This document shows positions 56,920-64,000 of a DNA stretch of 64,000 nucleotides, piece after piece. The notes beneath the pieces were generated by a model. The model was not told where the DNA came from and searched no databases. It worked only from the letters and a program-made list of their open reading frames with translations. Source of the DNA: a virus (Duplodnaviria > Caudoviricetes); IMG/VR virus record IMGVR_UViG_3300031853_000003, positions 64,001 through 128,000 of that record. One strand, 5' to 3'. The position numbers were made by a program, and so were the translations under genes. Position 1 is the first letter of the stretch, and every line of letters starts with the position of its first letter.

Positions 56920-57672
56920 ATGATGACTAATTTCGGATATCTTATATCAAAGATTGTTGTATACAAACTTCGTCAGATGTTCGGAGCAGATCAGGTGACA
57001 TACGATGATGCTACTGGCAACATCTCAGTATCTGGTATAGACTTCGAGATTCATGAGACATCTGGTTTAACTGCACTCAATGCACTCGTAGTTGACCAGA
57101 CACTCGGCTACTCAAAGGAGGTTCATGAAGACAGCGAAGCTAAGTTTGCTTCTGCGATAGCAGACTACATCTTCGATACAGCTTCGGAGTATCTAGACGA
57201 GGGTCAGCATCAATCTATTGAAGAGTCACAGACGATCACAGCTGCACAGACCGTAGGAACTGTATTCTACCAGGTTACAGAAGATAACGTGAAAGACGCC
57301 CTTCACGGAGACAAAGGTAATATGTGGATGGCCGCTGAATTTGACAGATACAGCTGGGACTGCATTGATGCAGACAAGTCCCTATATGGAAGCGTAGTTG
57401 TAGACGATACGCTGTACCTTTGCGTCACAGACGGACAAGATATCTCTGTTGCTGGCGAGATGGTCAATCCTGAGGAAGCACTTGAGAAATATGACCTGGA
57501 AACTCTTACATCTTACATTCAGGAATCTACGCCTGATATCATCTTGAGATACATCACCGAGTACGAGATCAAATTCAAGGACATTGAGGATACAGCAATA
57601 TATCTCCTGGAGGACGGTAACTCCTTTGCTGATATCGTTGAGGCTGCTTCTGACATCGACATTATCGAGTAA
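56920..57672 (+). CDS. acidic two-segment protein, putative virion protein
   Basis: Internal SIEESQTITAAQ motif; AGGAGG RBS. Confidence 0.55.
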   Translation: MMTNFGYLISKIVVYKLRQMFGADQVTYDDATGNISVSGIDFEIHETSGLTALNALVVDQTLGYSKEVHEDSEAKFASAIADYIFDTASEYLDEGQHQSIEESQTITAAQTVGTVFYQVTEDNVKDALHGDKGNMWMAAEFDRYSWDCIDADKSLYGSVVVDDTLYLCVTDGQDISVAGEMVNPEEALEKYDLETLTSYIQESTPDIILRYITEYEIKFKDIEDTAIYLLEDGNSFADIVEAASDIDIIE

Positions 57673-57775
57673 TATCGTTCATTAGCCGAGGCAAAAGACG
57701 GTTATTGTAAAATCGTTAATTAGTGTGTAGATGACAAATCATAGTTGTCTACACACTATTTTACTGTAAGGAGAA

Positions 57776-58435
57776 ATGTATATGCCAAAACAACACCCGT
57801 TATCTGATTTCGAGCTATCTGTTCGCAAGGCATATGGTGACGCTATCTTGCGTCTGAGATCTACTCTCGGCTGGACTCGCAGACAGCTCGCGGCCTGCAC
57901 ATCTCGGTCTCACAGTTCTATCAAGGACTACGAGATGAACCTCGCTGGTATGCGTTCAAATGTCATGAATCAGATCGCTCGTGCTTTCAACTTTCCGATT
58001 TCGCGATTATTTCCTGATATCAAAGATGCATTTGATCTCAAGAAATATATCGAGGACATCGATGTGATGAACGACGAGATGCTTGCACGTGTTCGAGTTG
58101 CCGGAGGATGGATTGAACCACCTGTTATTGTTAAGAAGCTTGGGACAACTGCCGACGCTGATGCATCCGCAATCGGCTCAGATTCTACAGAACCTTCTGA
58201 GGAGAATCCTTTCCAGATCATCGCCAAGCTGATTGATACAATCGGTGAAGTTAAACTCTGCAACACGACAGAGTCTAAGCAAGCTCCTGTGTATGGAACC
58301 TTTGCTACTTCGTATTCTATCATCGTAAAAATGCAGAATAAGAACATGATCTCCGACGACGTAGCTGTTGCCGCTAAGAAATCGCTCATCGAACACTATT
58401 CAAGAGGTGATGTTAAGTTTGACTCTGAATCCTAA
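57776..58435 (+). CDS. XRE-family HTH transcription regulator
   Basis: [13 protein letters not shown]...SIKDYE...[13 protein letters not shown]. Confidence 0.75.
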   Translation: MYMPKQHPLSDFELSVRKAYGDAILRLRSTLGWTRRQLAACTSRSHSSIKDYEMNLAGMRSNVMNQIARAFNFPISRLFPDIKDAFDLKKYIEDIDVMNDEMLARVRVAGGWIEPPVIVKKLGTTADADASAIGSDSTEPSEENPFQIIAKLIDTIGEVKLCNTTESKQAPVYGTFATSYSIIVKMQNKNMISDDVAVAAKKSLIEHYSRGDVKFDSES

Positions 58436-59417
58436 ATCTATCAAGGCTCTGCTCGATAAAAGTATCGTCGGGCAAGACGACGCTAAGAAAGCTCTAAGCA
58501 TCGCAGTCTACAATCATTGCATACGCTGCAACAATCCGTCAGCTGGTATTGAGAAATCAAACATCTTGATGATTGGACCTACAGGTACCGGCAAGACGCT
58601 GCTTGCAAAGACGCTTGCAAGTAAGTTAAACATTCCGATCGCTATTGCTGATGCAACATCTCTCACGCAGGCTGGATACGTCGGAGAAGATGTAGAAAAC
58701 TGCTTGCTGAGATTGTATCAAGCTGCAAACGGCAACCTGAATGCTGCCGAACACGGAATCTTATTCATTGATGAGATTGATAAGATAGGTCGTAAAGCTG
58801 AAAGTGCATCTATCACTCGTGATGTATCAGGTGAAGGAGTTCAGCAAGCTCTTCTGAAGATGCTTGAAGGATCTACCGTCAATGTTCCAGCATCTGGAGG
58901 ACGTAAAAGGCCTGACGGAGCTGACTACATAAAGATGGATACGTCTAACATACTTTTCATCTGCGCAGGTGCCTTTGAAGGTATCAACTACAATAAGCCT
59001 ATCACCACGTCAGAACTTCAGAAATTCGGCATGATGCCTGAATTACTTGGACGTCTTCCTGTTGTAACTCAGCTCAATCCGATGACTGAAGAAGATCTCA
59101 TTCACATTCTGACTGTTCCGGAAAATTCAATCGTCAAGCAGTACCAGAAGCTATTTGAGTTGAATCACTGCTCTCTCAAGTTCGAAGCATCAGCCTTATC
59201 TTGTATAGCAGACTACGCTATGAAAAAGAAGATTGGGGCAAGAGGTCTTCGTACAATCATGGAGAAAGTCCTTCAAGATCACATGTTTGATTTTCCAGAT
59301 GCTGGATCTGTTTCTATCTCAAAATTTGATGTAATGTCGAAGTTCAGTGCTGAAATTGATGATACAGGTCTATATGCTGTAGATGTACCACGTAACCTGA
59401 AATTCCTGAATCGTTAA
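58419..59417 (+). CDS. clpX: ClpX-like AAA+ unfoldase lacking the Zn-binding domain and the IGF loop
   Basis: [53 protein letters not shown]; GAGGTG RBS before TTG 58419. Confidence 0.9.
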   Translation: MTLNPKSIKALLDKSIVGQDDAKKALSIAVYNHCIRCNNPSAGIEKSNILMIGPTGTGKTLLAKTLASKLNIPIAIADATSLTQAGYVGEDVENCLLRLYQAANGNLNAAEHGILFIDEIDKIGRKAESASITRDVSGEGVQQALLKMLEGSTVNVPASGGRKRPDGADYIKMDTSNILFICAGAFEGINYNKPITTSELQKFGMMPELLGRLPVVTQLNPMTEEDLIHILTVPENSIVKQYQKLFELNHCSLKFEASALSCIADYAMKKKIGARGLRTIMEKVLQDHMFDFPDAGSVSISKFDVMSKFSAEIDDTGLYAVDVPRNLKFLNR

Positions 59418-59490
59418 ACAAAAGTGAGATAAGGTCAGTAGATACACAACTTGCTGACTACGTCATCTACAATATCAAGGAGGAATACAA

Positions 59491-60465
59491 ATGTCTGCAA
59501 ACATTGACACTATGCTGTACGTAGGAGAGACTCCGTGGCACGGACTCGGCGTAAAGTATGACGCACCGCCCAAAACTTCAGAAGAGATCATCAACGGTGC
59601 CTCCCTCGGCTGGGAAGTAGGCGCAGAGCCTATGAAGACAGATCTTCACGATAAGATCTACGGCTACCATGCTATCTATCGCAAAGACAACAACGAGGTG
59701 CTCGGCGTTGTAAACAACGGCCACCCTCAGATCGTTCAGAACCGCGATACGTTCAACACCTTCAACAGAATGATCGGAAGTGATCTCGATGTTGAGACCG
59801 CTGCCAGCCTAGGACGCGGAGAAACCGTATTCGGCTGCTTCAAGATCAACGGCGGATTCAAGGTCATTGATGACGATGTAGACCATTACTTCGTCGTTCT
59901 CAACGACCATCTCCGACCCGACGGTAAGATCACAGTCCTCAACACTCCGGTACGTGTTGTATGTCAGAACACACTGTCTGCTGCGCTCAGCAACAGCGCC
60001 TACAAGCTGAGAATCCCGATCATAGATGATTTCAGCGTCAACGAGTCGATGGCCATCAAGCTCAAAGAGTCTGTCGGCACCGCTATCGACAGCCTGAATC
60101 GCAGAGCTGAAAAGATGCTCAAGATGAAGATTACCCGCTCCGAGATCGACACCATCCTCGACGAGCTGTTCCCGTACATGACAGGCTCCGACGGAACTAT
60201 GCTCGACAATGCAGCAAACATGAACCAGTCAGTTGTCCGCGATACGTTCACACAGTGCCTTGCTGTCGACAACCTCGCGAACTACAGAGGTACTGCATGG
60301 CAGATCATGAACGCTCTGACAGACTTCACTCAGCATTATTACAAGAAGGTTGAGAAGAGCTTCGACCTCAACTACCGCATGAAGAAGCTGCCCGGCGTCG
60401 GACAGCCTACCGAGACAGATCTCGTCGCCAAGTATCTCAAGATGGCAGACAAGCTCGTCGCCTAA
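59491..60465 (+). CDS. DUF932 (TIGR03299-like) phage/plasmid protein
   Basis: TPWHGLG, IVQN, ETAASL..G, TPVRVVCQNTL, GTAW..NA. Confidence 0.85.
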   Translation: MSANIDTMLYVGETPWHGLGVKYDAPPKTSEEIINGASLGWEVGAEPMKTDLHDKIYGYHAIYRKDNNEVLGVVNNGHPQIVQNRDTFNTFNRMIGSDLDVETAASLGRGETVFGCFKINGGFKVIDDDVDHYFVVLNDHLRPDGKITVLNTPVRVVCQNTLSAALSNSAYKLRIPIIDDFSVNESMAIKLKESVGTAIDSLNRRAEKMLKMKITRSEIDTILDELFPYMTGSDGTMLDNAANMNQSVVRDTFTQCLAVDNLANYRGTAWQIMNALTDFTQHYYKKVEKSFDLNYRMKKLPGVGQPTETDLVAKYLKMADKLVA

Positions 60466-60480
60466 CATACACAAAGAAAC

Positions 60481-60513
60481 AGCCGGTGGTAAGATAAACC
60501 ACCGGCTATATTT
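60481..60513. terminator. terminator between convergent genes
   Basis: AGCCGGTGGT/ACCACCGGCT hairpin. Confidence 0.7.
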
Positions 60514-60522
60514 ATGTAAACA

Positions 60523-61293
60523 TCAATCTTCGATGAAATCAACCTGTTGTTGTAATGCTGTTCGGAGCTTCTTTTCTGCTCCTGGTAATAGTCGTTTCAG
60601 TTCCCAGAAGTCTAGACCGTATATGTCCGCCATCTCATACAGCTTATCATCTGTGAGTCTACACTCTTGAGAAACCATTTCATGTATAAGCAATTCTTCG
60701 AGCGAATTGTAATTGTCATTCATTGTATCAAGAATACTTGTGTGTTGTTTTGGAGCTTCTATAAACAATGCAGACGTTTCTAGATCTGCCCAGTACACTG
60801 TTCCGAATATGGCCTTGAGAGAGTTTAACTTATCAGCTGGTAGATTTACTTTACTGAGATCTTCGTAGCGTACTTTGCCCCAATGCTTGCCAAGCTGTGC
60901 ACCTGCTTCCATACACAACGACCGTCTTACTGAATACTTGACTTCGTTGAGCTCTCGTTCAATCATCTCACCTACACGAGGTTTGAAAAACACTGTGAAT
61001 GATAGATCCTGACGATATCCCTTATGATTCTCATCGCCTTTCCACTTGTACCACCACCAGCATTCACAAAAATGCATCAGAGCCGATTGAAACTTATCCT
61101 CGTATGTAACAGATGAATTATGTATGTAGGTATGTGTAGCAACATATCCAAAGAACGCATAATTGAGTTCAACTATTTCATCCCGAGCATCTAAACACTT
61201 TATTCGCTGTTCTTTATCTTGTGGAAGTGAGTCATATATCTCAAGTGTTCGTTGTTTTACTTGTTCTGATTTTGATAACTTGTTATCCGCCAT
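60523..61293 (-). CDS. divergent sigma70-family phage sigma factor
   Basis: ARDEIVELNYAFFGYVA...YEDKFQSALMHF...SFTVFFKPRVGEMIERELN aligns by eye to sigma region 2; C-terminal HTH-like region 4 segment. Confidence 0.6.
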   Translation of the reverse strand: MADNKLSKSEQVKQRTLEIYDSLPQDKEQRIKCLDARDEIVELNYAFFGYVATHTYIHNSSVTYEDKFQSALMHFCECWWWYKWKGDENHKGYRQDLSFTVFFKPRVGEMIERELNEVKYSVRRSLCMEAGAQLGKHWGKVRYEDLSKVNLPADKLNSLKAIFGTVYWADLETSALFIEAPKQHTSILDTMNDNYNSLEELLIHEMVSQECRLTDDKLYEMADIYGLDFWELKRLLPGAEKKLRTALQQQVDFIED

Positions 61294-61489
61294 ATACGTC
61301 TTTCCTTCACAATACACAAAGTACTTCGCCTAATTCTATAACGATTTCCATTCAATTATTCATCAATTTGTTGGTTTTCGCCAAAGTTTGAAGAATTGGC
61401 CAAAAACGCCAAAGTTGATAGATTTCATCAGAATCATAAAATTTTTCTTATGAAATTCAAATGAAAATTATCCATCTTCCTACAATAAA

Positions 61490-61518
61490 ATTATATAAAA
61501 TTCTGGGTGAAAAGTCAA
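61490..61518 (-). promoter_or_regulatory. host sigmaA promoter for the sigma-factor gene
   Basis: Minus-strand TTGACT-17 bp-TATAAT. Confidence 0.8.
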
Positions 61519-61524
61519 GTGGTA

Positions 61525-62154
61525 TCACAATATTTCTATATCAGATGGTTCTTCGCCATCAAGATAGAACTTCCGTAGTTGATCAATAGACGACATAGTT
61601 TTGCCATATTCTATAACTTCTCCTGCACTTATGAATAGCCCCTTAGACGGATATACATAGGACCTGCTATCAAGGAATTCAAAATGATATCCAAAACAAT
61701 GGTCCCCACTCTTGCAAGCAGCTTCAATGGCGTATCTCGGAATACCCAGTATAGCTTCTGCAGCCTGTAATGTTGTGAATACTTTATCAAGTTCTTTGCA
61801 CAGAACTTGTTTACCAGTATACTGTCCAGTTCGATAACCATGAAGTGTATTTTCTGCATAAGTAGACCACTCTAAGTTGGTGACACAGTTGTTGGACTTG
61901 TTACCATCTATGTGGTTGACGACTTTCTTATTCTCAGGATTTGGTATGAACGCTGTTGCTACAAGTGTATGAACACGCGGTTGTTTACCTAGAATTGACA
62001 CAGTTTGATATCCATCAGTTGTTTGGTGCAACTGTACATAAGATACACGATCTCCATAGTTGATGCGAATACGTCCTTTGTTGGATACCTCATATCCTAG
62101 CGGATACCCTTCCATATGTTCCCAGTATTCTTTTGGCGCTACAGGTGAGCTCAT
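61525..62154 (-). CDS. NUMOD4-HNH-NUMOD1 homing endonuclease
   Basis: YEVSNKGRI, VHTLVATAF, VNHIDGNKSNNCVTNLEW; GGAGG RBS. Confidence 0.88.
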   Translation of the reverse strand: MSSPVAPKEYWEHMEGYPLGYEVSNKGRIRINYGDRVSYVQLHQTTDGYQTVSILGKQPRVHTLVATAFIPNPENKKVVNHIDGNKSNNCVTNLEWSTYAENTLHGYRTGQYTGKQVLCKELDKVFTTLQAAEAILGIPRYAIEAACKSGDHCFGYHFEFLDSRSYVYPSKGLFISAGEVIEYGKTMSSIDQLRKFYLDGEEPSDIEIL

Positions 62155-62203
62155 AGTTATTCCTCCTAAATGATTGATATGTAGTTCTATGACGAACAGC
62201 TTT

Positions 62204-62232
62204 ATTATAAGATATACATACAAATTTGTCAA
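62204..62232 (-). promoter_or_regulatory. host sigmaA promoter
   Basis: Minus-strand TTGACA-17 bp-TATAAT. Confidence 0.85.
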
Positions 62233-62331
62233 TACCTTTTTGGATGTTTTTTGTTGAATTTGTCAGACTCTTTATTGATTACAGTTGAAAGTTAAATGAG
62301 TAATTTGATTGAAAACGTTCAAATCTGTGTA

Positions 62332-62480
62332 TACAAATTCGGCTGAAAACAGTAACACATGGTACAAATTCGGCTGAAAAACACCAAGTTGACCACATAA
62401 ATATAAAATATATATAATAAATAATATATAACAAACATTATATCAAAAAATAAAATAATTAAATTATTAAGTAAAATTAA
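62332..62480. repeat. 18-bp direct repeat pair plus AT-rich tract (origin-like)
   Basis: TACAAATTCGGCTGAAAA at 62332 and 62363; almost pure A/T at about 62398-62480. Confidence 0.55.
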
Positions 62481-62567
62481 GCCCTGGTGTGATTTTACTA
62501 GTGATACGCATTGACGTTGTTTCATGCGGTTTTTCAAAAATTTTCTTGAGAAATTTTGATTTACCCC

Positions 62568-62596
62568 TTGACAAAATTCTTCGTAGGGCTTATAAT
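62568..62596 (+). promoter_or_regulatory. host sigmaA promoter
   Basis: TTGACA-17 bp-TATAAT. Confidence 0.85.
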
Positions 62597-62602
62597 AACA
62601 CA

Positions 62603-62786
62603 TGTAGTCAATAGACAGAATTCAGCGAAGTGAGGACGTTGGATTTGTGAAGCATGGTGAGATGGCGCCTCACTCGTCGTCTTACACGGTTTCAATTTTA
62701 AGGTATTCCGAATGTCCCGGGAACATTGTCGTGAGAAACCTGCCGGAAGAGAGTGCTTCATGAATCCAACGTCCTCACTTTTGCTA
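62603..62786 (+). ncRNA. candidate sigmaA-driven structured RNA (6S-like rod)
   Basis: About 31-bp closing stem, 62624-62654 with 62754-62785, containing G.U pairs; internal hairpins. Confidence 0.55.
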
Positions 62787-62834
62787 TGTGCGATTCGTCA
62801 TATACTATGAAGAGATTTAGAAAGGTGGTGTACT

Positions 62835-63731
62835 ATGGACATATACGGTGCAGAACAGAATGCAAAGAAACTGCTCAAATATGTTCAAGACATCGCTGCT
62901 AACAGACCAAGAATGTACGGACCTACTCGTGACAGATTGAAGCACGTTGCGTCAGTCTGTGAGAGTATTGTAGGAACTGTATCAGCATTCTTAGAAGAGG
63001 AGATCCTCGCTGCTGAAGATACAGAGGAATTTGAAAGAGATAATTCAGACATACAAGATGTTCTATCTAATATCCAATCCAGTATCTCGCAGTTGCAGAA
63101 TTTCATCACACCTCAACCTGTAGTGAGTCAAACGTCAGAGGGTCAAACTTCAGATAAGTTGTCGTCGCAGAATAAGAAGAAACTGGTTTCTATCTACTTC
63201 GATATGCTGAACAAGACTCGGTGTGACGAGAGTAAATCTGCTCAAGAGTGTGTAGATATACTTCGACTATGGTATCGAAGTAGATTCTTTGATTCTAAGA
63301 ATACTGGGTTCAGATACAATGTGCGTAGGATACCTTCTTGGATAATCAGCATTGTAATAGCATATGGCAAAAGCATACATGACGGAAATCAGTCATCATT
63401 TGTCTACACGTTTACAAGCTGGTGTGAGTCACTGAAGGAGAAAGATGCGTCTGTACCATATGCTGTTCCATATGATATATATCAGATATGCTCTAACATC
63501 TCCGCAGATGATATCACATTACAGGCTGTAATACTTTGGGACATCTTATGGAGTAATGGGTTCAATAGAATTGATCAGTCTGAGGATGATTCATATGAAT
63601 CGGCGGTGTATCAGAAATGTGTCGAGTTGAATCCATCTGAATTAGATAAGTATCGGAACTATCAATCTGATTCATCTGTGATACGAGAATTTCATCTAGA
63701 TTATTCATCATCAGGAGGTGAAGTCATATGA
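62835..63731 (+). CDS. hypothetical protein
   Basis: AAAGGTGG RBS; 298 aa. Confidence 0.6.
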   Translation: MDIYGAEQNAKKLLKYVQDIAANRPRMYGPTRDRLKHVASVCESIVGTVSAFLEEEILAAEDTEEFERDNSDIQDVLSNIQSSISQLQNFITPQPVVSQTSEGQTSDKLSSQNKKKLVSIYFDMLNKTRCDESKSAQECVDILRLWYRSRFFDSKNTGFRYNVRRIPSWIISIVIAYGKSIHDGNQSSFVYTFTSWCESLKEKDASVPYAVPYDIYQICSNISADDITLQAVILWDILWSNGFNRIDQSEDDSYESAVYQKCVELNPSELDKYRNYQSDSSVIREFHLDYSSSGGEVI

Positions 63732-64000
63732 ATATAGAATTCACTCAGATTCCAGACAAACTGAAGTACCCGCCTAGGCACAAAGCAATTTTATCTACTA
63801 TGCACTCTGATGTAATCGCCTATGTGTCATCACATTTCAAGAATACGTATTCATATAGATCTAAAGTAACTGCTGTGATGAATACATTATCATATATCAT
63901 ACTCAACGGAGAGGCTATGCCATTCAGTTGGAACCCTAATGCTCCGCTGAGTTTAGATACTGTAGATGAGTTTATGTGTAAGTCATCACTAGGTGATCTG
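63728..64000 (+). CDS. hypothetical protein, truncated at the window end
   Basis: GGAGGTG RBS; ATGA overlap; open to base 64000. Confidence 0.55.
   Translation, partial: MNIEFTQIPDKLKYPPRHKAILSTMHSDVIAYVSSHFKNTYSYRSKVTAVMNTLSYIILNGEAMPFSWNPNAPLSLDTVDEFMCKSSLGDL

Noticed and set aside
1-64000. Stop-codon reassignment, CRISPR array, reverse transcriptase/DGR, integrase
   Set aside because: Genes are full length in code 11 with TAA, TAG and TGA all used as stops; no regularly spaced repeats, RT motifs or recombinase motifs were seen

Overview
A 64-kb segment of a large lytic dsDNA tailed phage. It uses the standard genetic code, and nearly all genes lie on the + strand. The host is most likely a Firmicute/Clostridia, judging from perfect sigmaA promoters, strong SD sites, an r1t-type holin and a GH25-CHAP endolysin with ChW-like repeats. 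Contents: (1) a T4-like head module (gp21-like prohead protease fused to a coiled coil, gp23-like major capsid protein, gp13-like neck protein), lysis genes and a large tail-fibre-like protein; (2) DNA metabolism genes (SNF2/HARP helicase, RecU-like nuclease, HD hydrolase, intein-containing UvrD helicase, Rad50/SbcC-like ATPase, NAD-dependent ligase, ThyX); (3) accessory genes (VUT/YhhQ transporter plus amidase, VanY-like peptidase, a ClpX lacking the IGF loop, DUF932, a divergent sigma factor, an HNH endonuclease); (4) an RNA-rich island at 33.4-39.9 kb with a tmRNA, five tRNAs, two aberrant tRNA-like RNAs and about 480-nt and about 280-nt structured non-coding segments. Patterns read directly from the sequence: three promoter classes (host sigmaA; a WWTCGTTAWW motif; an ACCTTDWATA motif before virion and lysis genes); a recurring [IV]-x-[AS]-small motif ending short basic leaders on many acidic late proteins (a putative capsid-targeting/processing code); and a sigmaA-driven RNA of about 185 nt with a 31-bp closing stem (6S-like candidate) beside an origin-like AT-rich region. 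All family assignments come from motif recognition by eye; no database searches were run.
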